DNA of 60,985 bases, the filler included, from Sphacelaria rigidula (lineage: Eukaryota): assembly GCA_964200075.2 (NCBI GenBank). It is 5 parts of 5 records of this genome, joined end to end, with 100 filler letters (N's around TTAATTAATTAA, not from the genome) between each part and the next. Parts side by side here need not be neighbours in the genome. Positions count along the whole stretch, not along the records: positions 12,219 to 24,336 come from CAXNAA020004106.1; positions 24,437 to 36,554 come from CAXNAA020004107.1; 3 more parts are not named here. One strand, given 5' to 3'. Numbering within the stretch: the first letter of the stretch is position 1; each line of letters starts with the position of its first letter. Shown here piece by piece: positions 13,281 through 25,225 of the stretch. The notes under the pieces were generated by a model that saw only the letters and a list, made by a program, of their open reading frames with translations, made no database searches and was not told where the DNA came from. Position numbers and translations under genes: made by a program.

Positions 13281-14464
13281 TGCGTGAGGTTTCCTCGTTC
13301 CTTCAAGGAAAACATGAAAATCAGTGAGATCCCAGCTTACACATATAAATCGTATAAAAGCTAATGTATATCGTAAACTGTTCAAGTATATTCGCTACAT
13401 GGATCTCATGAGCCAATGTACGCGATACGAAGAACTGCCCACGATCTAGTGTAGTATCACCAGGATGTACTCATGGAATCGTCGAGTACTGGCTATGTTC
13501 CGCTTCGCATCTTGAGCTATTGGGGGGGGCGTCTCGGTCTTTTCACAGGGTCGAGACGCAGAAAGAGAGAGGGGACGTGGAGATCACTTTCTCAGAGTTT
13601 CTGAGGTCAGTATTTCCCATCCCCTTGCCAATAACGTGTACGAGGACCATCTCCTGCGACCCAACAGCTCGCTAGCTGCTTGGTGCCCGACGAAACCTTC
13701 TCTCCAGAAATATCCTCAACCTGTGTACGCTTTACACCACAGCAGGAACCCAGACTCCACGCCTACACCACCGACACAGCGCCTGCAGTAACCTGTCTTG
13801 CGTGGGGACATTATGTTCTCACCCATGTACACTACGAAGCAAGGCTTCTTTTGCAAGTGGCGAGCTCCACAAAGTGTGCTCCATCATTCCTCATAAAAAA
13901 ATTCCTGCTACCATTCCAAACACACGCACTCGAAGGTGACAGCAACGCGGATGCCCTGCATTACTCCCGTTGGTGTGACGTCGATAAAGAAGATGATAAT
14001 TTGAATCATTGGGTCCTCCTCCCGCGATCTATCTCACCGGCGCGACGATGTCCCTACAAGCGCGGGAAGGCCATGATGAATGAAATGGCCAGTCGGAGAG
14101 GGGTATGAGTATCACGCGTGTAGGATTTCCTACTTAGTGAATGTGCACTACACGGAGCGCGAACATTTGAAAGCTGGCCGCGAACAGTAGCACTGTTTTG
14201 ATAACCTACGAAATGTGCAGAGGATATCAATACCCGAATAACACACGGAAGGATCCCGATACCCGATGAATGTACGGAAGAATGTCAACGGCGGTCTTCC
14301 ATCACGCTACAGGCCAAGACATCATCCAATCGGCAAGTGATCGCTCATGTCTTCCTCGACAAAACCATCCTAAGGCCGCTCTTCGGTGCGTTGATGGGAA
14401 TCTTCCCGCTTAAATCCTGCGTGTTCCGAACGTGAAGAGTAGTTTGCGCACAGTACGACCGGTC

Positions 14465-14838
14465 GCCCCGGTGGCTCAGTTGGTAACCTCGGAACCCTCC
14501 GACGGTTGGGTCATGGGTTCGAATCTCGGAGTGATCTGGGATTTTTCTTCACACAACGCCCGACAGTGGAGAGCGGCTATGTCGTGGGTATAAGAAATTC
14601 GACTTGACGGTCGGCGAGGGAAATGGACTGCCGAACCCCTCTCGCGATAAAAAACATAAAAAGCAAGCAACGCAGAAAGAAGGTGGGGAACTGATACAAA
14701 TAAAGAATGAAAAACTCCTTTGTTGACCTTACTCCTGTGTGATCCCGGTTGGTGCGCCAACATACGTCCAGAATAAATAGGATGACAACATACAGTAAGA
14801 AGTGTGTAAACAGGCGGCAAAACAAACGAACAGCAGAT
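14465..14838 (+). mobile_element. tRNA-derived SINE, family 1, near full length
   Basis: Head GCCCCGGTGGCTCAGTTGG (A box) and GGTTCGAATC (B box), followed by a non-tRNA body and AAAC-rich tail. Diverged copy at 19993. Confidence 0.8.
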
Positions 14839-15899
14839 TTTTCACCAGGTTATACGGAGAGGGTCCAAACGGAGTAAGCTGTTTTGGTGCCACTCCGTTG
14901 TGTTTTCAGGCCCGTAAGGCATGGTAACCAGTGACCACGAGACGCGGTGCGCAGGAATTACCCATGATGGCTCTCGAGGGGTGACTTTCTGGAACGGGAA
15001 TCGAAGGGGTGCCTTCCTGGAACGGGACACTAGAACACGACAGTCATGGCTACATGCTTATTCATGGCCATCAAAAGCACATCGATTTACGAAATCTCAC
15101 TAACCCCAACCCCCGCACCACCACCATCGTATCCACCCTTCGCACAGCTTGCCAATGCCGCATCCTCACCTGCCCCTCGACAAGCTTGTAATCGAATTCC
15201 GAAAGGAAGCGCTTGAAAACAGAATGAACTCCAACCTCGCCAGCTCCTTCCCTGGACAGACCGAACATCTCTGGTTCCGGATTTTTTGCAGTGGACGCAC
15301 TCCCAGAACTGTCGTTGTTGCCGTGAAGAAACCGAAAGGGACAGAACCTGCTGACGATTGCGAGGTTGGCGGGTCTCTTCAGATGAAACGAGACATGTAA
15401 TGCGAGCGGTGCGTCAGGAGAACATGTAATGGCGCGGAAGCAAACTAGGCACGAACAGGAAGCGGATGCCTCAAAATGAAATTATCAGATCTGTTTGAAA
15501 ATTGACTCACAGCTTACAATAATCTGGCTGTATTTCCCATGTTCTGGGTTTCGACTATTTAGCAGATAGCGGTATAAGTAGCAGTATAACTTATGGGGGG
15601 TCGACAATACTACGAGCCATGTACTGTAGTGCCGTTTCATGGGGATCTTTGGTGCAGATATATTCCCACGTGTAGCTACATAAGCCCGTGGGATACTGCA
15701 GTAAAAAGTGTGCTGCTATGGTTTGTTATACTGTAGTGTACTGTACAAAGGTAGCTAAATCACGTAGCTCGCAGTAGATCTAGTCTGCGAGCTAGAAAGA
15801 CTGACGCGTCAGCAGTGTTGAATTGAGGATACGATTTAGTCCCACGTACGTGTAGGGAATTTGGCTTTTTGTTCCAGGTTTAAAAATGCTTGGACTCGG

Positions 15900-16075
15900 T
15901 CACCTCTACCTCCCATGCCTTGACTCTCCTTTGTTTCTTCAGCCCTCTGCATTCAAAAGAGGCCGTTTGATTTTGTTTTGGTCAAGTGAAGAGCCCCCAA
16001 AAAACCATATGTCTTTCCGATTTTCTGATGCAAAAGCAAGTGGTCTGAACACCACGGTGCAACCTCTGCCATATA
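15900..16075 (-). repeat. Dispersed repeat, inverted copy of 21208-21400
   Basis: Reverse complement GCAGAGGTTGCACCGTGGT..AGACCACTTGCTT...GGGCTCTT..TTGACCAA matches the sequence from 21210. Confidence 0.7.
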
Positions 16076-17696
16076 CTACTGTCTGCGCGACGGTAGTCGG
16101 TCTGTCTCGAGGACGGCACCACACAACACAAGCCAATATTTCCACCAAGATCGAGAGTCAGGTGACCACATCAGCCGTGAGACCGTAGCGTCAACATTAC
16201 GACCCACTGTATGTACCTGGGCACCCTGTGAACATACGTGGCAATGAAAACCCCTGGGATGAGCCCAGCACATTAGACAGATCTGGCAGTACACAAGCTT
16301 GATGCGCATACCAAGGGTGGAATATCTAGGGATCGCGACCGGAGAGCATGTGTCTTGTGTGACGAGGGTTGTTGTTATTGTTGTTGTCGCCCCCCTGCAG
16401 AGCTCGTGGGTGTTTTTGCCCACATTGTGTGGTCCCCAGAGAGCTGAGTCGCAACCTGCTTTGAAGGCCTTGTTCCGTTTGCTTTTTGTTTTGTTTCTGT
16501 GCACCCACCCATCGGATCCCATGCGGCAGAGCTCTGCCGTTCATATATTTCCTTTGAGCTTTGCAGTGCTAATTACCTCCTTTGTTTTCCATATTTTATT
16601 TCTTGAGGTTCCTTCGCGTGTGCTCCGTTTCTTTGCCTCGTCTATCTCTAAGCAACGCTTGGTTCGTAGTGAATCACTCAATGGGCCACAAGTTAATCAC
16701 ACCTAATCCAGCTGTGAACGATATCGTCTGCAGCTTTCAAGTCCCCTTTCAAGGTATATGATAAACTGCTCGTTGTTTTCCAGATGAATACACCAAACAA
16801 AAATATCCAGCTCTCTCTGACCCGCCGCGCGCGGGTGGGCGTTTCAGCAGGGATTACGAGGCTTCAGCGCAGTACAGACTGTACTACAGTGCCGTGCCCT
16901 TTATCGTACTTTGCGCTGGCTTCTTACCGCATCAAATGACACCTCATATAGGTCAAGGTCGAATACCCTGTTCAAAGTACACGTGCATCATGTCAGAACT
17001 TTGATGTACCATAAGACATACCCTATATGGGATCTCTGCTTTGTTCAGGTGAAATTTATTCAAGGCACCCCTCTGTCCCTCAACATATGTACTCGTTGAT
17101 CTTGTCCAGATGTGTCATTATGTCACTACAGCTGAACCACCTCGATTTCGTCGCATCCGATCTCTTCCGCACTCTTGCTACATTTCGAATAAAGCGTCCA
17201 GAAAATCTTCCAACTACGAACGAGGTTTTCACAACATAAAACAATGGCCGGCGCGGAGTTCATTCTGCCCCGCACTGTAACCAACTGATTAGGAAGTTTC
17301 GACGCATTCGTCCACGTTGGCGCAGTCAAATGCCGCACGGAATGAATGACCTGAATACGAAGATCAACGCTCTCTGTGCACAGCTGGTGATGCGAGAAGT
17401 ATGGGAAGACCAATCAGAATCTTACATCGCTTGGCATGGGTTTACGAATCGAGGTCTGAGATGTGAGTTTCTGTTTGGTAAGGAAGACTTCTGGAAACAC
17501 ACATATAGAAGACAAGGAAATATTTGCGAAGTTGTCGCAATATAAAGACCATAGTTCTTCCACCACGAGGCCGCGTTCGTTAGATGGGCTTTGCTGGAAA
17601 TGCCTCGTCTTCAACAACAGTGCGCACTGGTGGAACTGTGCCTCATTATGTGAAGGTTGTAGATGCAGAAATAGGCAGATCATTGTGTTAAATATG

Positions 17697-17987
17697 TCTT
17701 CGTGAGATTGAGAGTTTAGCGTTAAGTGGGTGAGTTCTATCGTCTTCACCTGACCAATGTTCCATCTTCTGTCTGCTTTTCTTCGCCTGTAACACTGTCA
17801 TGTGCTTATAGCTACATGTCGATACCCTACTCAGGGATATCAAAGTCTTCAGTGGCAAGCTACACAAAGCGCATCGGACCTCGTAGAAGACAGGTCCGGA
17901 GGGGTATTTCGGAACTGGAACAATTTCATTAATTAGTTAGCCGCTTGTCATTCTCAATCGTATCCTCGACTCTCAATTTCACGAAAG
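17697..17987. mobile_element. MITE family A, copy 2 (inside the Gypsy relic)
   Basis: TIRs TTCGTGAGATTGAGAGT / ACTCTCAATTTCACGAA and the shared core. Confidence 0.8.
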
Positions 17988-19683
17988 TATTGTATGTTGT
18001 GGATGAAAAATGCGATCGGCATGTGTGCGGTTGAGTTCGATGGAAAACGCGAGGCGTAAACCAATAGTCGCATTAAAGGATTGTTCTCAGAAATCATACG
18101 ATGTGCCCAGAACTCCTCAGCCCTCGGGCAATGGCGCCAGGGCAGGGTCACGAACCAAGTGCCAACGCCACGTCTGGTTTCACTGCGATCTGTTCGGTAT
18201 TGCAGGAGCTGCGGTACTTGCACCGCAAATTGCCGTCTTTTAGTGCCTCCAGCGAGGACTTAAATACGGTGCAACTTCTGCGAGACGGCAGCCGCCGCAG
18301 ACTGGGAGATTCCGACGCTGCAAACACAAAATATCTCCGCCAACTTCTCGAGCGGTCTTAGAGAGAACGAACTTGAGCTCCACTGCTAGTAATGAAGCCA
18401 TAAAGTAGTATTGCGCCGGGGAGGTCCTCGCGTGCGCTGTTTCAAAATTTCAAGCTGCGCTGTGAGGGCCGCCGGGTGAATTGTGTGCACAGCTAGGTGC
18501 AAAACATTTTATTGGTTGGTTTCGATCAACAGAAAACATGGCTACGTGGCGTTCTCGTCACACCCCAAACTTTTACCAACATAATCACTGAGAAGAAATA
18601 TCTTCTCTCTCGTCGACGCGACGCCACTGTACATGGGTAGTACGGCGGGTATATCTCACCACATGCTGACATGGATGTTTTGGATTGAATATCGATTGGC
18701 ATCCAGGCTGAAAATGTTCGAATTCGTTGATGAGGGCTGAGTCTGGTCGTTCCATAGTTCTGCACTCACTTCTTGACAGCTTGTTCTCAAGTGTCGCATG
18801 TCCCGGGCTGTTTGCAGGTGCGGTGTTTTGGAAAAAGACAGTAAGTTGCAGCACAGGTCCTCATTCTCCTTATACCACTGCGTTGCAGGGAGTGTGGTAC
18901 CTCTAAGCTGCGGTACGCCACGGCGTGGTATTTGGATACCTCGATTTCGCTCGGTGACACGGTATGTGACTTACCGAAACTGTGTTCCGGTACGGGACGG
19001 ATGTTTCGCGGTACGAGCTGCATGGTCGGCGGGAAATACGGCCTCGCCCGGCACCGCGTTCCACGAGTGCTGGCTTCTGCGAATTCGCACGGGAACTATG
19101 CCGCAAGTTGTATCTAAACGCCGTGATGCACCCCGGTAATAAAATCACGGATAGTCCTTTGGCGTTTCGAATGGAAGTAGGATGAAGGGGTACGAGAATT
19201 TTTCGCTTTTGTGGGTTACGCCACGTTTTCAGGGTGTCAGCTCCTGCGTATCAACTATCAGCACGGCAATCTGCTACGCCCAACGTCCTGTTCGATCGTG
19301 TGGCCATACCTTCCTTATCAACCATGGAAAGGGTGGCTAAGTCTTGTATTCAAATCATATGACGTCTTATCCGTCAGACGATGGACCCGTCCCAAGAACT
19401 CGTTCACAGCCTGACACATTTACTCTTCCCCTTACATGATTCTGCGTTTGGGCACCAAGCTGCGTGGTGCGCTCTCTCGCCGCAAAGGTCGCTCGTCTAT
19501 GCAATTCCTAGGAACATCGCAGCTCTGTAACAGAACAAAATGTTTCCGAAAATCCTTCTGTGTGTCAAGACGAATACATCGGTCCTCATCCACGTTTTTC
19601 TCCCGAGCTGTCGACACTACTTTTCATAATCTAAGGTACATCTCCTGTCACGAGACAGCGGCGATGACTACGTGACGACTCAC

Positions 19684-19827
19684 CTTTCGGGATCGGGGTA
19701 CAGCTTTTTAGACCTCACGGCAGATGCAACACTCCAGAAGACCTCGTCGCCCGCCCGTATGGCGTAGCCGTTGAAGTTTAGGTCAGCTTTAGCAAGCCGA
19801 ATTACGCCACCAACAACCGGGTACATA
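19684..19827 (-). CDS. Cytochrome P450 internal exon (after the K-helix to the PERF region); possibly a pseudogene fragment
   Basis: CTGCAG|T...AG|GTGAGT, 144 nt, phase 2/2, encoding MYPVVGGVIRLAKADLNFNGYAIRAGDEVFWSVASAVRSKKLYPDPE(R). This fits the P450 pattern ExxR-xYP...R...D...GYxIPxG..V...YPDPxxFxPER. Confidence 0.75.
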
Positions 19828-19992
19828 CTGCAGTCGGAGGAAAAGTATCGCCACCGAGAGGACGGGGTCCTGCGGGTCATGCCCGTGTAATGTTCCGATG
19901 TTCCTACTCGGTAAGGCGGCGTGCAACCCACACGTTATGTCTTGCTGATGTACGCCTCCATTGTTTCTTCTCCGACAATCAAGGTAAGACAA

Positions 19993-20220
19993 GCCTCGGT
20001 GTTTCAGGGTAACCTCGAAACCGTGTGCCGGTTAGGTCGTCAGTTCGATCCTCGGTGAAGTCACACGAACTGGGGGGGGGGGTTCTCGCTATGTGCTTGA
20101 CAATCAGAAGCGATTACTTCGTGAGCATACAAAAATCGACTCAACTATCGATACGTGAAAAGGACGGCGGAGCCCTTCCCGCAGTAACGATGAAGGCGAG
20201 CACAGCATAAAGAAGATGGA
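19993..20220 (+). mobile_element. tRNA-derived SINE family 1, diverged copy
   Basis: GCCTCGGTGTTTCAGGGTAACCTCGAAACC...GTTCGATCCTCGG aligns to the 14465 head, and the body continues colinearly. Confidence 0.7.
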
Positions 20221-21207
20221 AGAATATGTATATATGTATAGATGAACAAGGCTTTCGGCGGATTTCGCCGCCACGCTCGATCTGATTGACAGCCAAGATA
20301 CATGAGAACTGGTCTTCGTTACGTGAGTTGCGCAATGTGACAGGTCATAGTTTGAAGAGGAGTGCTTTTCGCCGTGTGCGTGCTGTGGCATATGTCATCC
20401 CAGGAGTAGGGTATGAAGAAAAAGTTATTCTTGATGGTTGATGACACGGTTTCAAGGGGTAGCGAACAACCTCTAGCGTGGACCAACACACACGAAGACA
20501 CGCATACACACCTTCCACCTACAGCACCGGATGACAAACAACCCGGTATCATTGCACCGCCGACTCATCCGGCAACGCGCGAAAGACTTGTCACGGAAGC
20601 AGATCACCGTTTCCAACCGTGAGCCCAGCACTGTTGCACCGCCACAACACCCGTGAACACAGTGATAGCCCAATTGTACAATATTCACATCACAAACACG
20701 ACGGGAATAAGTGAAACACAGTACCACCAAGGTAACCACAGCTGTGGCAACAACATACTTGAGGGAATGATACTCACGATACGAACCGACACGGGAAAGA
20801 AAACGGAATACCCAACGTTACTACCCATCATACGAAGCGGGCCCCACAAAGAGAAGCGAAAACGTGAGGCGTACAATTCCCGCAACGTGACAAAAACTAT
20901 GGCATATACGGCCGACCTACGAAGTTCGAAGGACGGTTGTATTTTTCACAGATGGTTAACCCTTGAGCAGCCTGGATCCGTTTTTAAAAGTTCAACATTT
21001 GGGTGAGGTTCGACTCGAAATCAGTGCTCTCGCTGACCTGAAGTCATGATCAATGAATTTTATATGGACGACCTCATGCCCCCCGATCTCCTTGAAACTA
21101 CTTTTGGGGGTTGCCCGTCTTCCGTGCCCCCAAAGCGTTGTTGGAATAACTCGTGTTCGTAGCCCTGTCCTTGCGACAGGTCAACTACCGTTCAGCGAAC
21201 AGTAGTA

Positions 21208-21400
21208 AGCAGAGGTTGCACCGTGGTTGATTAGACCACTTGCTTCTGCAGCTTCAGAATAAAATCAGTGAGACAAAAGGTTGATTGGGCTCTTTATTTG
21301 ACCAAGAAAAAACACAACTCGCAGTTTCGTCTCAAGGCGGAGAACTGATGGTAGTGGAAGGAGAGTGACTGTAGAGAGGGCAGTGAGGACCACAAAAAAC
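21208..21400 (+). repeat. Dispersed repeat, partner of 15900-16075
   Basis: GCAGAGGTTGCACCGTGGTTGATTAGACCACTTGCTT. Confidence 0.7.
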
Positions 21401-21789
21401 ACAATTGCTCAATCCTTGGAACAAAAAACAAAGCTAGACACGTACGTGGACTAAAACGCGTCCTTGACGCTGATGTGTTGGTTTGCCAGCTCGAAGACTG
21501 GATTCTTACTCAAGCTACGATACTCACGAACAATGGTAGCACACTGCCTTATTCTACGAGCTTACGCGGCAAGTCTGACAGGATATTGAACTCAAGGATC
21601 CATATAAAGAACAGCACTTGCACCCCCGGTCAATATTGGTGGCTCCTAGTTGAACCAGAACATATTGTCCCGCTATTTTGCTACAGAGTAAAAACTCACA
21701 CACAGAAGATAAACAGCTAGATTGCTGGCTGTATAAATTTCCAACACGCGTATGTGCGAAGGATGGAAGACCATTAGCACGCCGAGTGC

Positions 21790-23900
21790 TCCAGTCATGC
21801 TCACGGTGGGACAAATAATAAGGCGATTAGTGCAGTCATCGACCGTTGCGGAAAAAATAGGGCGAGTACTCAAGCCATTGGTCGTAGTGGTAAAAATTGA
21901 TAGGGCGGGTGATCGGTCATCGCTCGTGGTGGAAACATCAGTGGGCCACCTATTCCATTCAATGATCGTGGTGACAAAAATTAAACATAGGGCGAGTACA
22001 GGTGCCATTGCTCGTGGCGGAAAGAAATGAAAGAGACCAGCACTGTAGTCACCCCTTGTGGTCAAGTAAATAGATAGGTCGTGCTCTCGACGAGTGCTCG
22101 TGTTGGGAAATATCTCTGCTACATGAGTCATGGCTCCTGGTTAGGGACTCAAGTCGAGGCGTGAGGATGAAGGCGAGCAATTAATGTTTTCACGACCTGA
22201 ACATGGTCTATGACCGCATACATCTTCAGAAATAGTGTCGGATGCTCGTGTATCTCGATTTCCCCTGATTTTGGGACCACTCAAACTGTGACCAGTGGCG
22301 GTACCCCGACAGTCACAAATTATCCCTTTCTATCGATATGAAAAAGTATTAACCCTTTGCGGACTGAACGTCTGAGAGCCCTCCAGGACGCCCGGAATGA
22401 CCAGTGATGGTTGTGGGAATGACGTTTGTGTCTCCACGCAAGCTGCACGACACAGAGGCATCGTTGTACTGAAAACCGAATGTTTCATTCAAACTGGGTT
22501 CAGGTGAAAGTACAAACTGTTCTATATTTTGGGTGGTGGGATGGACATGAGGTAGTGTACGGGTTGTGAACAAGCAGCACCGCGGTCCACCGTAGTCAGC
22601 GTTCAATAGGGTGTGACATTGGATGATATTGCTGTCATCACCTTGCCCCACCAATCCATCTGGGGTGGGGGTGGGCCACGATCTCCCTCTTTGTTACAAG
22701 AGACAAATTCTCTTCGAAGGGCAAGGGGTTGCGGCGCATACAGTACAGTAACACCCCCCAAAGCAGCAGCTGCCTCTGCAGACTCACACGTTGTGGTCAG
22801 TTCTCCGCGACGGAGATCAGCTGCCAATACACAACTTGTGCATCCCTGTCGACTACATACACGCCCATTCACCACCGCTTCCACCATCCCTACAGAGGGA
22901 TACGCAGAGCACATGCCTCCATCTCCGTCTCTCGTTCCCGGTGTTGCTATATTCAGTCGCCTTGTGAAAATGATCACATATGTAGGGGGTACGGTTCTTC
23001 CCGGTCGCCCCCGAAAATCCAGGGTTAGTTTTTCACTTGGCTACAGAATGGAAATGGGTGTTATATATAAATCGGGGGATGGTGGTCTGGACTGCATAAA
23101 AACCAAGGGGCTACCACAAAAAAACGACAAACTAGCCCGCCACATGCGGGATTTCTTTTGCTTGGAGCGTTCGTTCGGGGACTGGGGACAGGATACACGC
23201 AGATACTCCGCAGTGGCATAACTTCCCGCTTCAGCCGCGGCCGGTATTTTGCAGCGCCGTGATTGGGCAGGTCGCTCCCGGACTGTTTTATAATTCTTGC
23301 ACTAACACATGGTGAACCCTGTGTCAGTGGCGTTCAGTCCTAAAATAGTTAATTTGTACTCTGTACCGTTTGCGGACTTGCAACTTGGGTTCTCGCGGGA
23401 CATGACACCATGCAGCACGGCCGATGTCTAGGCACGGCACAAAAGATGGTCAGAAGTTTTATATCCGCAACGATTGGTGGAAGTCTGTTATATCTTGGAC
23501 GAGCGCGGATATAGCCCGTGAGATTGGCCCTCGTTCGACTGTTGGAGGGCCTTTGTTGGAGGTCTAGGTCATTGGAGTCGTTGCTCGTGGTTACGACAAG
23601 TAGTTCGTCGAGTACTGAAGGCATGGCTTGTGGTGTAAAACGTTCATGTCGCGACAACTCGACCCATCGCTCGTGGTGTACAAAATCAATAGATGGAGTA
23701 TCGGAGTCACTACTCATCGCGATACAAAATAGTAGGGTGATTACTCGAGTCCGCGCTCGTGGTGGACAAATCCCATGGATCAAGTTCTTCAAGCATCGCT
23801 TGCTGTGATAGAAATATCAGGGTGGTTAGTCGAGTCATCGTTCGTGGTGTGAGAGAATTAATACGCCGAGAGCTGAAGACATGCTTGTAGCGTTTCCAAT
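21790..23900 (+). repeat. Degenerate ~43-bp tandem array in two blocks (~21790-22145 and ~23575-23900)
   Basis: Core GTCATCGCTCGTGGTG followed by A-rich sequence and TAGGGCGAGTACTCGA-like ends, recurring about every 33-48 bp; about 9 + 8 units. Confidence 0.7.
22353..23348. mobile_element. ~1-kb non-autonomous piggyBac-like element
   Basis: TTAA on both sides (22349-22352 and 23349-23352). 18-bp termini CCCTTTGCGGACTGAACG / CGTTCAGTCCTAAAATAG match 14 of 18 as inverted repeats. Confidence 0.6.
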
Positions 23901-24336
23901 AACATAACCAAGTGCACTCGTCTCGACGAATAATGAATCGTTCGGCGTGTGGACATGTGCGCCTTGAAATGGGCGGGAGACCCTCACTTCGGGTGCTCCC
24001 AGCTTGTGTAAGCTCTGCCTTGATCGCATACCAACATCTCGCCCGAAGATAGTGGGCACGGCAGCTACTTACGATCACTCACCCACGTCCCGGACCGCTC
24101 GAGCGAGATGAAGCAGGGAATGCAGGGAAGGACGCACCGCCTCCGAACCGATTACTTCAACGGCCACCAGCATCTGCGTGAAGTGGTAATTCATGTAGCG
24201 GAGCATATGGTGTAGGTACGTGTCAAGTGCATCCAGTGTTATCGCTGTGCGTATCATCATGTGCGCCTGTTCGTGTGAGTATGGAAGGCATATATCGTCT
24301 TTGCGGGCTTGGCGAGGTCTGTCGCCGGCGGCTGCC

Positions 24337-24436
24337 NNNNNNNNNNNNNNNNNNNNNNNNNNNNNNNNNNNNNNNNNNNNTTAATTAATTAANNNNNNNN
24401 NNNNNNNNNNNNNNNNNNNNNNNNNNNNNNNNNNNN
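24337..24436. other. Artificial contig linker
   Basis: N..TTAATTAATTAA..N, 100 nt. Confidence 0.97.
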
Positions 24437-24829
24437 AATACCGTCCCTGCTACTCCTTACCAGACACATTACCATATATATCGTAGTAACCATCTAATCA
24501 AGGAAATATGCCCATGTGCTCAAAAGTCTGGGCCATTGTCCTCGTTGATTAAACGACATGTGTATAATAGTAATTATTATGCCGTGCGGGCATAGGGTCT
24601 ATACTAAATTCTATATGAAACCCCGAACGATATATACAGCGGATTATGACAATTTTGGTGTGTCGACATTCCCTGGAGCACGGGGAAACGATCGATACCC
24701 TCACCTTCACCTGTTTCGTAATCTATCTCGCGATATGGCGCACATGAGATTCCATACTACGAACAACATATTACAAGGCACTGAATGCACAAAATCTGGA
24801 TTTCGCGTCTCAGTTTTGACACGTATGCT

Positions 24830-25225
24830 TTGAAATTTTGTATGGAGAATCGCTAGGGCACAATAAAATAAAAAACAGTTTTTTGAGATATTTTCCACAG
24901 TTTTTTTTCGTGTTTTAGGGATATTTCAAGGAAAAATAGACTGTGTTCTTGGTCCATATTTCATGGAAAAATGGACGGTTTCTAGATCGCCCCGCCGCAC
25001 CTCAAATTAAGGCTTGAACGCTGAAATTTGGTACGGAGAATAAATGGGGCACGATAAAAACAAATATCGCTGGACCCTACGTTGTTTTACGTGAGTCAAA
25101 GGCAACAACCAGTTTTCAGAGAAATGCCGTCAGCTCATGAAAAAAAATGAGAACTTGTGGTCCAGAGATACGTATTTTTACTATGCTCTATTCATTCTCC
25201 GCACCAAATTTTGAAGTCCAACTCT
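24830..25225. repeat. AT-rich element with a repeated motif GAAATTTGGTAYGGAGAAT...GGGCA (two direct copies, one inverted); probable DNA-transposon subterminal repeats
   Basis: Copies at ~24832, ~25023 and inverted at ~25180-25215; a related motif is also at ~12088-12118 in contig 1. Confidence 0.55.

Larger units (their letters stand above)
13700..19600 (-). mobile_element. Decayed Ty3/Gypsy LTR retrotransposon (RT, RNase H, integrase order) with nested insertions
   Basis: Minus-strand remnants: RT-like 'HHQL...RMNSAPA' (~17400-17250); RNase H-like 'FKAGCDSALWG...PVAI...YST' (16076-16522 ORF); integrase-like 'F*WP...RKAP...YGP...LLRLD' (~15080-14850) and 'FRVLFG' (~14240). No LTRs found; boundaries approximate. 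Confidence 0.5.

Noticed and set aside
14465-14540. tRNA gene (also at 19993 and 48455)
   Set aside because: A and B boxes are present, but the acceptor stem does not close and each continues into a dispersed-repeat body; these are SINE heads.
15939-16148. 'YGRGCTVVFRPLAFAS' as Gypsy RNase H
   Set aside because: The same DNA recurs inverted at ~21210 as a short dispersed repeat without pol context, so the resemblance is probably coincidental.
19993-20015. 'VTLKHRG' as the start of the P450 K-helix exon
   Set aside because: It is the reverse complement of a SINE head.
21790-23900. CRISPR-like array
   Set aside because: Eukaryotic context, highly degenerate repeats, mutually similar 'spacers' and no cas genes.
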